A stretch of 64,000 nt of DNA from Monocercomonoides exilis PA203 (lineage: Eukaryota > Protista > Preaxostyla): assembly GCA_001643675.2 (NCBI GenBank), contig LSRY02000001.1, positions 930,001 through 994,000 of the forward strand, in the 5' to 3' direction. The notes under the pieces are model-generated. The model did no database searches, had not been told where the DNA came from, and saw only the letters and a list, made by a program, of their open reading frames with translations. Shown one piece after another: positions 49,901-60,686 of the stretch. Position numbers and translations under genes: made by a program. The first letter of the stretch is position 1; each line of letters begins with the position of its first letter.

Positions 49901-50892
49901 TTGATGATACAAATTCTTCATCAACTTCCGACTCTGACTTTTATAACAACATGGAATCCAATGACCCCACTCCTTCTTTTTGCAAATGGAACGACGGATG
50001 CTTAGTTATTTCACATTCATCAGCCTCCATCGACAACTCAACATTCATCAATTCATCGATCGGCGGTATCAAAATTGAAGGCTTGTCTTATGTGAAGATA
50101 TATGACATCAAGTTTTTGAACAACAGTGCAGGCGATGAGAGCTATCCATCGGTCCATCACAACATCATATGCTCGGGACAGATCTCATCCACTTTGGAGA
50201 TCATTTCGATACAAAATGGAAGCGATGGATACGAAGATACAGGCTCGCTGTGGCTGCTGAATGAAGGATGCACTTTGTTCGGAAACATCTCACATACCAG
50301 ATCTTCTCTTTATTTCATTCCTCGGCCAATGAGCGTGGAGAAAATTGACCATCCATCGAATGATTCGAATGTTGTTCGATTGAAAGTGACTGGAGAAATG
50401 CTCATTCCGTGCGGGATGTGTCTAGCTGTGTGTTGGGTTAAAGACGACATAGAAAGCGATTATATAATATATTCAATGACTCCAACTGAAAACGACAGCG
50501 AGGCAATGGCAACATGCGACGTATTGGCATCTGACCTCATTTTGGGCAATAACGATTCGATATGCATCAGACTTCTCTATCGAAATAATCAAGGGAAAAT
50601 GAATTGCGTATCTGATCCTGTAATTTATGCAAAAGCAGATAATAAAACAGATCCAAACAGAAAGGAGTCTTTATCCACCAAAACGATAATTGTGATTGTC
50701 GTGTTGTCTGTAGTCGCAGTAGCTGTAACTGTCTCGTGTGTTGTTTTCGTAATATTCTTAGTTCTAAAGAACAATAGAAAGGACTATGTTGCCATTGGAG
50801 ATGGTGATGAGAAGAAGCATCGGTCGAAACATAGAAAGAATAAAAAGAAAAGATCCATTAAGGACGATTTTACGAAGTATCAAATAAATTAA
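43933..50892 (+). CDS. ~2319-aa intronless type-I surface protein, same beta-helix/Pmp-like family as 16057-22401
   Basis: Signal peptide MFIFICCLFSIISLIRC, many GGA/GGG motifs, four CGxxxxPC modules and YPSVHHNIIC. It ends with a C-terminal TM (IIVIVVLSVVAVAVTVSCVVFVIFLVL) and a basic tail. Confidence 0.88.
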   Translation: MFIFICCLFSIISLIRCVETNLNGSSLFGNSQTFILDDESRALQEIDNKFFLSFSKCCSDEVNLSKKVSISSHISFNNSDGISFCSRNSLPRSKVFLQMSQTIKENEISLIINWKTLCFYNVDICSILGSSLSASFMPPSFISSFFKINISFSQLSFKHDFLFCQPFHFLYVQNGELFLNSVNSSFCQGIVACSLITCYDYTSVASQKTAFLSYSLNHGSLIEIPKHKIELNCCDFSDTTTRTASLIEFCAGNDTLEVDINNCSFVNCSCLETQNGGALHFSSQSACSFLSINTSFFDKCSSPNGKGGAFSVDFPSSNRIKIHQTSVFGSQNSAICGQSFYICCNNLFEIVESNKDFFNQKSLAQVQFPFTLHSCNILHSQFWGNDDIFTEPVSLYLLAYKSGFCSFCSEFYSDEKEELRSHHDSSSFASEERHTVHFSNPSHPTVPKHVPTVVVSENGKDADDCGKENTPCATLHKAIARLDHLAANPTIQIKDQVDVSKEVQIDLLTILVEGMDNVNTKYRISLNKNLVTDDEQGTAIQLASSVIMKQVEIVTPSSFSNHNHAPTTIILCGDGSFTALLSHVTFIIEENSNENEEFLSNEIMQSKDHLYKEEANRSPTPALFKEAQLLYYNFFTVMSGNLILECCSLDCSNTNIEFGESFLLDYAQDSSLILTQCSFSSISQSEGSLIFNKHGPISLNGTVFKDITSKKKMTDGSGGAVISGYDTKKSLGVIIENCSFDGCSTSQATNGGAVFLESSFRDSSFECRKNVSVKNCKCERNGGKGGGMYLQFYHTNQISFSKEMKFLNNFASIGHHLFIYCMSIPSLVNATSFSFIANDNSLRNEANGFMGIGLEQDVKENLDFLWFIIGYKGTNVCLSDDGNDDLIYCGSAMAPCLTLEKAKERFSHTADEETKIISVSMTFTLPCDYKWVHAAKNEEIGENVEEEISSTSALNVNFKNVKLNSILKNDQPFLIFQRSVVMNSESTGYINNPGNMEIEDLHFRAPSAFESNAQKGSPVPTALVSSAVEDGSLKMNHLTIVILKKTDSDDASAIEQQDYSIVRVERGTFKMVDLTIDRYSRPVFLRPLFDLGAEVKVERLDTMFIYNTTNYMSFVTPNTHQLEIGPLTLYYDIAENQAWINSVETEETVNFRIAFILSYFCECGNGVDGCLFHIGRCGKGSSVRISNSVFTKIISTGSGGPIFADIEGNVTLEIFDCDFEGCGCKDGGNGNGGCVYVRLTDTSLLKITDCSFYNSFALNGGSIYLFLAKSSKQELCETLKYNEWSENTTGNLCKDLQNSSDSNNSEYFFNEEIHENNEYESKATQENKTLSDGNCIFTCCYFNNCTCNVSGPLLFYRTHQTYREAVNPFDEKSFGSDNQNQIFIEASDKSDYDADWLHLGSTQRFVSQNHGIDSEYCGIPQSTPCKTISEAVKNSPIWLRCLVQVVEKEYVLTEGPVRIDFECGEVSCSSAGFTTITSNLEKNCESLFVFCGKSSIDFKFFDLSFNNTRDTVRRCSFMSVVEHSFVSCYSLTISALSDESFEVNFVRIEEGSMAMNNSIFVGLRLSNSLVKSTNADIIYYSLTNITACSTSSKSDSLVAIHHEDKGSSCEVLFEYCTFTKAFADNNEKGGLLFLDYTSRSQNFKISKSVLNNVSCESKEYGKGGGLHIVGHADGKESINVHLNSIEFLSCSAFLGKDIFILCPRKEFMTPFMWNFDMEPMYNQDNMMMLQTTEEGNEDIIDLMKYPSVLLFKSNELHVSEGGEDSIRCGLKQFPCCTINEAISHCVEGESCIISVDGITEMFDHLDLTMTTPIIFTSLFSQEAAEIFTPSAISSLENTIVRCTGLCDFNNVCILYECINCDDCVLLYCFGGELSIVKSKIAPSPHSGEGSVPSPLILVSSGILFTRDLTVVGISSDSFSRSTEAFSPRSSVVPDGSQKSSGMHKHFDLSNGRDNFGNIHFINRNFIGDQSFNNLGLKSHSLYRSSFSSLLDDTNSSSTSDSDFYNNMESNDPTPSFCKWNDGCLVISHSSASIDNSTFINSSIGGIKIEGLSYVKIYDIKFLNNSAGDESYPSVHHNIICSGQISSTLEIISIQNGSDGYEDTGSLWLLNEGCTLFGNISHTRSSLYFIPRPMSVEKIDHPSNDSNVVRLKVTGEMLIPCGMCLAVCWVKDDIESDYIIYSMTPTENDSEAMATCDVLASDLILGNNDSICIRLLYRNNQGKMNCVSDPVIYAKADNKTDPNRKESLSTKTIIVIVVLSVVAVAVTVSCVVFVIFLVLKNNRKDYVAIGDGDEKKHRSKHRKNKKKRSIKDDFTKYQIN

Positions 50893-51800
50893 TTATTCAT
50901 CTTATAATCTTTTTAAATGTGTATATTCTTCTTTTTGTAAAATAAATTTCAATTTTCCTTTCCTCTTTGAGAATTATTTTTATTTATTGTTTGTGTGATA
51001 ACCATATGAGTATTTGTAACTTTGCAATGATATTTTTTCGTTCGGCTATTATTTGCATAATTTGGTTTTATTTGATGGTGCTCCATAAATAATTGTTATA
51101 TACCTAGCCAATTATTTTGCACATTAGCTGTTTTGCTTTTGTCATTGAGAATTCTGTATTTTTTCATCAATTTTAATTTTAAAGTCAAAAGATTCAAATG
51201 GTTTTTTAACATTTCGTTTTTTTTTTAATAAGTTTTTCTTTTTTTCACTTTTCTTTTCTTTTTTGAACTTCATCAGAACTGATATTTTCCGAAGGCCTAT
51301 TTTTGTATTTTGCATTGAAGAGAAAAATATCAAATTAATATTAAACCACATTTACCTTCAAACAAAAAAATACTACAAAAAATCATAATCAAATTGAAAA
51401 GAGAATTTTTTCGTTTTTGAAACTCTCCGTTTTTGATCAGATAAAATCGATCGGAGACTGTTGACCAAAAATGGGCAAATTTTTAATTTCTTGAATTATT
51501 GATATTTATCTTTTTTTTAAATAGTTTATTGGAAACAATAAAAGAACATTAATAATTTTCGAAAGTAGTTAAGTTCTTAAATTCGCTTTTTCTTCACAAA
51601 TGTGTTAAACCACATATTATGCTCATTAATAATATATATATAAGTTATGATAATCATTTGTTGTTATTTCAATCATTGTAATTCCTTAAATTATAATGGG
51701 ACATAATATTTAATTTTTGGAATTGTTTACTGTCAAATTGCCAAAAACTTTTTATTTTATTATACATAGCATAGCTGATTTTTTGTGCACGTGATGAAAT

Positions 51801-54800
51801 ATGTCCAGTTTTGATACAAGTCTTTCAATATCTCCAATTATACCAATCTCTAAAAATGAACATAACCATGAAATCTGTAATTCATCTTCAGAAAAAATTG
51901 TTAAAATTCAAAATTCGGATGCTTTTCCAACTGAATCATCTCCTGTTAAGCGTTATAAGTCTGAGACTAATTCATTCAATTCTTCACAAAAAAGAAAATT
52001 TCAAAACAGTATTTCATCCAATTTAGAAAAGCAAAATACTAAAAAAGAGCCTCAAGTTATCCTTCATCCTTCTTTACAGCATCTTTATATACAAGATTCT
52101 GAATTACCGTCAAATCGCAAAGACTCACAGCGAGCAATGCTTAAAGGAAGTTCTTTGAAGCCAAATGCGAGCAAGAGTCCAGCGAATACTGCTCAATATA
52201 ATTTAACAATAAAAGGTACTAAGAAAATGTCGAATTATAGCAAAGCTAACAATTATTCGTCAAATAATAGAACATATGGCTCTCGTTCAAAAAACAAAGT
52301 TAAGAATGAGAAATCAAAAGAAGCGAATAATCCATTCTCAGCAACACCACATCGTTTGATATATTCTAAAGATGTTTTGGGTCGCATTAAACAGAGTCGG
52401 ATCATTGATGAAAAGAAACTTTTACAAATCTACCATAGCGATAATTCTGATGAAGTTGTATCGAAAAGAAAATATGACAGAGAAGGCTCCATTTCCGAGA
52501 AATATAGGCGCTTGAAACATCTTTCTATCGAATATGTGATAGATCCAAATTACACAGAAAGTTCATCTGAAGGAACAACAGAAATTTCTGAATCTGAGCA
52601 AGAGTCGGATTTGAACGATGAAGTTGAAAGAGACCAAAGCCAAGATTTGGTAGGAGAAGATGACAATGACAAACAATATGATTTGAAAAGAGAACTCAGC
52701 GATTTTGAAGGAGATCTACATGTCGCTCCAGTTGATGAAGAGCTAGACCATTCAGATTCGCTTGGCTCACTCGCATCTTCCATTTCTGCTTCCAGTCAGT
52801 CAGAAAACAAACATCAGACAACTTACGCAGGAGGTCTTAATGATATCACAGGCAGTTTATTTGACACTGAACGTGAGCTACGGACGATGTCGAACTGCAC
52901 ATCTGTTGCTGCAACGCCCACTGCCACGCCAGCTTCAACCAGCCGTCCTTCCGAGCCATTTCTCCACATCATTTCCTCCAATCTCGGAGCTGATTATTCT
53001 GCTGCTCCTAATTTGTCGTCTACTCTTCCTTCTGCTTCTTCTTCTTCGTTTGGGAAACACAACATTTCTCGATTATCATCAACAACCACTTCTGCACTTG
53101 GTAGAGGCTCTTTTCTCGATTCACCTGAAACCACGCCATCTTCGCATCATTTCGCAGGAATAGAATTGCCTGACAGCACAAGTGAACCTCATCAAAGAAT
53201 GCAGCATAGTGAAATGCACACGAAAACAGCAGATTTCCGAAAGAAGATGTGGGAAAGGAAAGAAGGCGGGATTCAGAACGAGCGGCCCAGGGGCACAGAG
53301 CGATGGAGCGCTGCGGAGATGATCCGAGTGAAGAACAGGATGAGACAGAGGAGGATGAAGGCAGCAAAGGAGGAGATGGTGCAAACGCTGTGGAAGCTGA
53401 CAGAAGCTCCATCGCTCCTGCTGGACAGAACAAGAAGACTGATAGGCACAAAGAGAAGATTTGATGGCAGTGGAGGAGAAAATGAGGGTGAAGAAGCAAA
53501 AATGGAGGATGGACTAGAAAGAGCAAGGAGTCAGAGGGAAAGTTCTGGATATGGAAGAGCAATGGCTTATGAATCAAAGCATGCGATCAATGATCGAACT
53601 GATCAGGAAAGAGAAAATCAGTTGAAAACTTCTGCTCCACACACACAAAGTGACAGAAAAGACAGATCATATAGTTCAAATTTTACAAGTGAAGCATCAG
53701 CAGACGACAAAAGTCAAATTAATGAAAATGCTTCATCTGCTCTTTCTGAAAGGGATGAAGAAAACAATCTGAAACACACTTCACCACTAACTTCATCTCC
53801 ATTTTTGTCCACTCCAAACAGACGCAAAAGTTCGTTTGCTTCGTCACACACTTCACATAATGATACAAACACTGAGATGCAAACATCAACTTATTCATCT
53901 TCTCAAAACGCCAACTCTTCTTCATCTCACATGTCAAATGAACCGTTCCATGCAACAGTCATTGACACTCCTCTTTCTTCACACATTTCTCCCACATCAA
54001 ATACATACATAACTGCAGATCCAAACACAGTGGCTTCTTCTTCTTCTTCTTCTTCTGAACAATCATTCAACCACAATATCTCATCGCCCACCTCAAAAAC
54101 TCCTATTCCTCAGCTGAATCTAATCCATTCTTTGTCTCTTGCAACTCCTTCACTGATAACTCCAGTTAACACACAAGGCACTCCAAACACTCCATCTTCT
54201 TCAGGTCGGATTTCTTCATCGCAACTACAACCTTTAAGTAAAAACACTGTTTTCTCTTCTTCATCAACGGCTTATGCTTCTGGTAATTCTTCGTCTTCAT
54301 TTTTGCTAACACCTGTGGCGGGACATGGAATGAGTCAAGGATCTTCTTCCTCAAGCTCTCCATTTAGTTCAAACATTTTGGATACACTTCAGTTGAATGA
54401 GCTAAATGTGACAATGAAAGAAGAGAATTGTGACAAAATTGATGGGATAAGGAAAGGAAGTGATGAAGCTGAGGATAAGTTGGATAATAAGCAGTTAGGC
54501 TTGGTTGAAGATAATAGAGAGGGTAATAACCTTTCTGAGAATGATAAAATTTTTCATTCGGATTATGAAAATGAAACAAGAAAGGAAGATGAACAGGGAA
54601 AATATGTTTCTGACTTTGGAAAGCAGCCATTTGAAGCTCAAATGGAAAGGACGCTTTTTCGGAATGAAGAAGCAAATGTATTGAAAGTGGCTGAAAATAC
54701 GAATAAAATGATTGAAAATAGAGAAAAGCTCGAAAGAAATGAAAATGTTGATGAGAAAAAGGGTGTAACAACTGGGCAAACAACTGATATGGAAAAATAT

Positions 54801-57071
54801 CAAAGTGAAACAGACAAAACGGAAGTTGCAAGACAATTTTCTTTGAACAGTGACAAATCTGTTGATGAACATGAATCGACGTCAAATACAACAGAACAGC
54901 AACAATCAGACTCATCAAATGAGATGGCAGTGAATTCATTGACAATAACTGGAAATTCGAAGAAAGCAGATGAAAATGCTCATCCAACAAACAACGAGAA
55001 TATCACTTTGTATTCAGAAGCAGCAAAAGAAAACACGATTCAGAATACAACTATTAAAGTTCCTCCATTAAGCCGTGCATTTAGTTCCACTTCTTCTTCT
55101 TCTGCTTCTGCATCTTCTTTGCAAAATTATTCCAGCAACCGCCAATTCAGCTCCTCAATTCAACGACCTCGCTTCACTCCTTCCTTTTCCTCTCGTTTTC
55201 CTTCCACTTCCAGAACAACTAGAAATCTTCCTTTATCTTCATTATCCTCTTCTTCCTCTTCTTCCTCATATTTTTCTTCTTCTTCTTCTTCTTCTTCTTC
55301 TTCTTCTTCTCATCTTCCCTCCATCACGGTCCCTGTGACTTGTCCAATGTCTGTTGTCACCATTCAACTCGAAGGCGGTTTTGACGATGGATCTGATCCG
55401 TCTTTTGTGGATGGAGAAGTTGTGTGGCATGCAGAAGAAGATGAAGCAGAAGTTGAGGCAGAAATAGAGGCAATGAAAAATACTGATGCAAACTTTCAAT
55501 TGTTTTCGGAAACGAAGCGTGGAAACAGAGCTGAAGAGACAAAGAGAACGGAACGTGAAAGGTTGAAATTCAACAGAAAAGAGAAAGTGGAAGGAAGAAA
55601 AGCAACTGATAAGTCTTTTCTCAGAGGAGAAAAAGAAGGAAATGATGGAGCTTTAAAGGCAGAAGAGAAGGAAAATGATGAAAGAAGACCGAAAACATCG
55701 CCTGAGACAAGAAGGATTTCGAAGCTGATGTTTGGCGATGCTACAAAAACTACAATAAGAGCAGGTTTGAATGAAAATTCAAAGAAATCAGACATTTCAG
55801 AGGAAATTAATGCAGCAGGGTCCATTTTAAGCAGTCGAAGGCTCACAAGCAGAGCAAATGAAAGAGAAGACGAAAGAGAAGAATGTGACGATATTTTGTT
55901 CTCAACACCTCAGTCAACAGTGAGAAAGAGAGGGAAAGAAAGAGAACAGCTGTTCATTGGAGAGAGCGGAAGAGCAAGAAAGGAAAAACTGCTGACAAGG
56001 CGATTCGAAGAACACGCAAACACATTCAGAACCAAAAATGTTGGAAAAGAAGAAGAAGAAGAAGAAGGTTTTGGTGATGATGATGATGAAGCACACGAGA
56101 AGAAGCAGACGATGCAGCGAGCGAAGGACAAAGCACTGCCGCCAGCTCAGCTGCACGAAGGGCGAAGGAAGCAGCGGAATGTGCTGTCGGCTGTCACTTA
56201 CTCTTCTCCTTCTGTCACTTCCAACGTGCGCCACACTGTCGCCCCTGGAAGAGCACATACAAGCGCTTCGCTGCTTCGCCCCGCAGACTCGAAGCTGAAG
56301 AGAAATCAGTCGTTTCATGCAGCAAATGCAACTTCAGGGCGCTCTTCTTTAATGGCTTCTTCTCCTTCCTCCTCTTCTTTCGCTCCTTCGCCTTCTCCTT
56401 CTCCTTCGCCTTCTGCTTCTCGTTCTTATTCTTCCACTTCTTTGTCGATGTTTTCTCCTTTTCCTTCTCGCCCAACCAATTCAATCACATCACGCACGCT
56501 TGCTGTTCATACTCCACCTTCTTCTTCTGAATCCATTGCTTCTTCTACTTCTGCCAAGACGCACAAAACAAAAGCTACTCCAACACCATCTGCACCAAGC
56601 ACTCCTCCTCCTTCTCTTCGCAAGTGGGAAAAAGGAGATGAAGGTTTGATAACAATGACAGCAGCAGCAGCAATTGGATCTGGCTCTGCTTCAGCCACAT
56701 TGCAGAGGCATCACACAGTTCATGGAGATCTTTCTTATCGCAATCAGAGGAACGCACAAAGAGGAAACACAGAATATTTATCTGTTCTTATGTCTCCTCC
56801 TCTTCCCCTTCCTCCTTCGAATTATCCTTCTCAACAGCAACTTCATTCTTCTTCATTATCTCCATCTCCATCTCCCATTCCCACTGCCCGTTCATCATCC
56901 ACACACCCATCTCCACTTCATCAGCCTTCCTCTATCACTTCACCAAAAGAGAGCAATGCAGCACCTGATGCTCTTCCTCTTCCTCTTCCTCTTCCAACAC
57001 AGCCACCTGCTAAGTCAAGAATCCCTTTCAATCTGTTCCACACCCCTCGCCTTCCGAGGCAGTCGTTCTAA
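51801..57071 (+). CDS. 1756-aa low-complexity Ser-rich hypothetical protein, likely disordered
   Basis: Uninterrupted 5.3-kb ORF between AT-rich spacers. No domain recognised. Confidence 0.75.
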   Translation: MSSFDTSLSISPIIPISKNEHNHEICNSSSEKIVKIQNSDAFPTESSPVKRYKSETNSFNSSQKRKFQNSISSNLEKQNTKKEPQVILHPSLQHLYIQDSELPSNRKDSQRAMLKGSSLKPNASKSPANTAQYNLTIKGTKKMSNYSKANNYSSNNRTYGSRSKNKVKNEKSKEANNPFSATPHRLIYSKDVLGRIKQSRIIDEKKLLQIYHSDNSDEVVSKRKYDREGSISEKYRRLKHLSIEYVIDPNYTESSSEGTTEISESEQESDLNDEVERDQSQDLVGEDDNDKQYDLKRELSDFEGDLHVAPVDEELDHSDSLGSLASSISASSQSENKHQTTYAGGLNDITGSLFDTERELRTMSNCTSVAATPTATPASTSRPSEPFLHIISSNLGADYSAAPNLSSTLPSASSSSFGKHNISRLSSTTTSALGRGSFLDSPETTPSSHHFAGIELPDSTSEPHQRMQHSEMHTKTADFRKKMWERKEGGIQNERPRGTERWSAAEMIRVKNRMRQRRMKAAKEEMVQTLWKLTEAPSLLLDRTRRLIGTKRRFDGSGGENEGEEAKMEDGLERARSQRESSGYGRAMAYESKHAINDRTDQERENQLKTSAPHTQSDRKDRSYSSNFTSEASADDKSQINENASSALSERDEENNLKHTSPLTSSPFLSTPNRRKSSFASSHTSHNDTNTEMQTSTYSSSQNANSSSSHMSNEPFHATVIDTPLSSHISPTSNTYITADPNTVASSSSSSSEQSFNHNISSPTSKTPIPQLNLIHSLSLATPSLITPVNTQGTPNTPSSSGRISSSQLQPLSKNTVFSSSSTAYASGNSSSSFLLTPVAGHGMSQGSSSSSSPFSSNILDTLQLNELNVTMKEENCDKIDGIRKGSDEAEDKLDNKQLGLVEDNREGNNLSENDKIFHSDYENETRKEDEQGKYVSDFGKQPFEAQMERTLFRNEEANVLKVAENTNKMIENREKLERNENVDEKKGVTTGQTTDMEKYQSETDKTEVARQFSLNSDKSVDEHESTSNTTEQQQSDSSNEMAVNSLTITGNSKKADENAHPTNNENITLYSEAAKENTIQNTTIKVPPLSRAFSSTSSSSASASSLQNYSSNRQFSSSIQRPRFTPSFSSRFPSTSRTTRNLPLSSLSSSSSSSSYFSSSSSSSSSSSSHLPSITVPVTCPMSVVTIQLEGGFDDGSDPSFVDGEVVWHAEEDEAEVEAEIEAMKNTDANFQLFSETKRGNRAEETKRTERERLKFNRKEKVEGRKATDKSFLRGEKEGNDGALKAEEKENDERRPKTSPETRRISKLMFGDATKTTIRAGLNENSKKSDISEEINAAGSILSSRRLTSRANEREDEREECDDILFSTPQSTVRKRGKEREQLFIGESGRARKEKLLTRRFEEHANTFRTKNVGKEEEEEEGFGDDDDEAHEKKQTMQRAKDKALPPAQLHEGRRKQRNVLSAVTYSSPSVTSNVRHTVAPGRAHTSASLLRPADSKLKRNQSFHAANATSGRSSLMASSPSSSSFAPSPSPSPSPSASRSYSSTSLSMFSPFPSRPTNSITSRTLAVHTPPSSSESIASSTSAKTHKTKATPTPSAPSTPPPSLRKWEKGDEGLITMTAAAAIGSGSASATLQRHHTVHGDLSYRNQRNAQRGNTEYLSVLMSPPLPLPPSNYPSQQQLHSSSLSPSPSPIPTARSSSTHPSPLHQPSSITSPKESNAAPDALPLPLPLPTQPPAKSRIPFNLFHTPRLPRQSF

Positions 57072-57447
57072 TTTGACTTGAGTTCAATTATTTATCTGGT
57101 GTTGTTATCTTGTTGCGAAATTGTGTATGTAAGTTTCTTTATTTTTCTTTTTTTCATTTAAAAAGAATTTGTCATTGCGTTTTGTACTCTAAGTTGTTTT
57201 ATTCATCGTCTTCTTTTTTTAAGCAAATTACAAATTTTCATAAATGATTGAAGTTAAAAATAAAAAAAACAACTTTTTATTTTTTGAGTTGCTTCAAATA
57301 TTGAAAGATTTGCTTCTTAACAAGAGTGCAAATCTTCTGAAGGAGTAAAATCTATAAATAAGAAATAATAAAATAATGAATTACATTTCTTAACTTCAAA
57401 AACTTTGTAAAAACATTCTCTTCTTCTTATGTAAATCCTCATTTCCT

Positions 57448-60400
57448 TCACAAAATATCCTTTTCATCACACTCCACCTCCATCTTTTCATCATCCTTAT
57501 CAGCAGCAACCGCATTAGCTGAATAACTCCCTGTCATAACCATCTCCTCTCCTTCTTCCTCTCCAGCTGCCTCGTCCTCTCTCTTCATCATCGGCTCAAA
57601 AAACCTGACCCACAGCCGTTTCGCTGCCGTCCTCACTTTTGGGCTTCCGCTTCCCAACAGCTGCTCCACCATCTGCCTCCCGTTGTGTGCATCGATCTCC
57701 TTCAGAGCAGCATTGTAATCATAAATGGCATCAATACGCTGTGTCACAGACAGATTCTCTTTGACACTGTTTGCATTGGAACAAGAAGATGCAGTACCGT
57801 CATCCACCATCTTTCCTCCAGTTCCCATTCCTCCTCTTTCTCCTCCTTCTCCCAGCAGCATCCCTTCCCTCCTCTTCATCTCCACTCCTATCTGCGCAGC
57901 CTCACAGCACAGATTCAGTGCAACCAGGGCGCATTCCAGCGACTCTGCTTTTCTCCCACAGCTCAGCTGCGCAGTCACAACGCCCACCAATCCAGAGGCG
58001 ATGACCTGTTCTGCTATTCCTCTTCCACACAAGCACAATGCTTCCACCACACGCAGCGCATTGTATTTGACTTGCAGAGGAAATGGGCGAGAAAAGATCT
58101 GCTTCAGACGGAGGAAGAGATTGTGGCTGATGCAGATGGAAGCTAGCTGTGAAGAAATTATGGGAGGTGGATGAGGAGAAGAAGGAAAAGAAGATGGAGA
58201 AGAAGAAGAAGGAAATGATGACGTCGATGATAAAGGAGAAGGACATGTTTGCATTTGAGGTGGGAATGAAGAGATGTTCTGTTCTAAGATCGAATGTGAA
58301 ATGGACATTTTGGTGTCAGGTGAAGTGTTAGTGATACTTTCAGGAGAAGAAGACGATGACAATGAAGAAGATGAAGAAGAAGAATCTTGCGAAGAAAGCA
58401 AAGTCAAAAACGAGTAAGAATTGCTCTCAAGCACCAATTTGCTGTTGTATGAGGCGAAGGCAACTGGAGTTTGACTGTTGAACGGTTGTGAACCAACAAC
58501 TGGGTCGATGAAAGTGAAGAGAATGTTTGAGAGCAAAAAAAGCGTTTCCTGAAGAATCTGCTTGTGCTGAGACCGAAGAGAAGGCAGGACATCTGGAATC
58601 ACATTGGCTCTGATGGCGGTCTGTTTGTATGGGGAAAATAAGTTTTGTATAAAGAAAAGTGGAATGATATGAAGTTTAAATAGGATCGACGAAGATTAAA
58701 AGAACATGATTGAATAACAACATGAACAGAAAAAGAAAAAAAAGAAAAGAAAAGAAACAAAAAACAAAAAACAAAAATAGAAAATAGAAAATGAGAAGAT
58801 GAAAAAAAAATACAGTTCAAATATGAAATGTGCATTCTATCATCATACAATCAGCGTTGAAGCGTCGTTTGCCTGAGCAATGTTGCTCAAAAGGCCGATG
58901 GCGTGGTATTGGAGAGACTGATCGGCAGAAGTCGTCAGGCACACAACAAAGCGAAGAAAGTTTGCATTGTTCAATTTCTGCGAAAAAGGGAAATATCGAT
59001 GAAGTGAGAGATGGGCGAGAAAATATTGCGATATAATTCACAAGTTTCAAATTGTGAAAAATGAAGAAATGAAAACCCCAGTTAAAAAAGCACACTTTGA
59101 CCGTTTCCTCTGAATCGCATGTGATTTGGAACAGGAACTTCATCAGATCCAGAGTGATGGTCTCCTTTTTCAGAAAGAAGCATGGCAAGGCCAGCGGAAC
59201 AAAAGGCAGAAACTTGTCTGAATGAGGGATTTTGTAGGTAAGGTTAGTCAGAAGCCACACAAGCGGTGTGATCAGCTGGTCTGCGGGGTCGAACTGGCTT
59301 TCAAGAAATGGCGTGGGTGTTGTGGTTGATGAAGAAGAAGTTGAAGATAAGGGTAAAGTTGATGAAGTGGATGTTGATGAGTATAATAAATGAGCTTGTT
59401 CAGATGTGTTTGTGTGTGTATCTTCTGAAGGAAGCATGCTCGTTGAATTAGAAATGTTACAGCCAGAGCTTTGAGGCTGAGGAACAAGCTGCTCTGGGAC
59501 TAAAATGGTAGGCTTGTCCTGTAACAGATCTGGAGAGTCGCCTATAACAGGCTCCTGCTGCATTGCTTGCTGAGAGAATGAAATAGGTGAAGTTGTTGGG
59601 GAAGAATGGCTGGTGTCAGTGCTGCAGAAATCAATTGGCCGAAGATGAACAAGTGGAAGGCACCGTTCAAAAAGCTCAAATATCTTTTGAAGAGAGTTTT
59701 CTGTTTGCACGAAGCAGTTTAAATCTGTGGATTCTGTAACAATATTTGACAATAGCCATATCGCCTATTTTCGGAAAATAGTCGTTTACCAATCAATATA
59801 AACAAATTCTGCTTTAAAAAAATAACGATGTTAAAAACAAACATTTGAAACAACTCCCCGATCATTGCTGCCCAAGCATGACAAAGCACAAGGAACAATT
59901 CCAGAAAAAGCAATTTTTCTCACATTATGATTTTGTTTGGTAACAACTTTAAATATTTTTTATTCAAAAAATGAAGAATTTAAAAAGTATTAATTTCGTT
60001 ACCTAGATTCGCCAAACTCCAAAGGATTTCACTCTGAATAATTAAATTATTAAATACTCAAAAATCTTCAAAAAAATCGTGTTCAAACCTGGATTTGCTG
60101 GCTTGCAGTTGTTTGAAGCAGATGCACAAACTTTTCGATTATTCCATCTTGAATGAAGGTGTCAATGTCCTTAAGGTTATCTTTAAAAATAACAACATTT
60201 TTGTAACAATTTCATTGAAAAAAACAAACATTTTGCAGTATATTTTCTTATATCTCTAAGTGAATCCAAAATTTTATCTGGGTTTCCTTCTTCGTACACT
60301 TTTGAAAAGGCAGAAGATAGTTCTTTCTTCAATAAAATTAAAATTTATAATGTTTATGAAACAATTATAGGATCCAATATAATACCTGTTTCATAATTAT

Positions 60401-60604
60401 TTCCCACTGTTTTGATTCTGATTCGAATTCCCGTACTTTTTGAAGCAATGAACTTCTGTAATTTCCTCGTAAAGAGTTCGTATGTTTATTTCGCCCATCT
60501 TGGATTAGAGAGTCATCGTCATCTCCAATAAATGATGCAAATCGTGAAACCTCACGTTCTTCACGACTTACAATTGTTGCGAGTGTATCAAAATCTTCAA
60601 TCAT
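57448..60604 (-). CDS. Divergent importin-alpha-like armadillo-repeat protein, ~8 exons
   Basis: Spliced reading gives an IBB-like RNKHTNSLRGNYRSSLLQKVR. ARM motifs follow: IDTFIQDGIIEKFVHLL..Q|SEILWSLANL, AIWLLSNIV, LVWLLTNL, AIGLLSNIA and ETLFLLSNI. GT-AG introns include 60385-60327, 60229-60181 and 60088-60034. Confidence 0.8.
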
Positions 60605-60686
60605 TCTGAAACATCACAATGTATATAAATCTGATCTTTTTTTCGAAAAAGTAAAAAAAGAGGGCATTACGATCATATTCACCAAA
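60605..60686. promoter_or_regulatory. 82-bp bidirectional spacer between divergent start codons
   Basis: ATG on the minus strand at 60604 and ATG on the plus strand at 60687. Confidence 0.5.
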
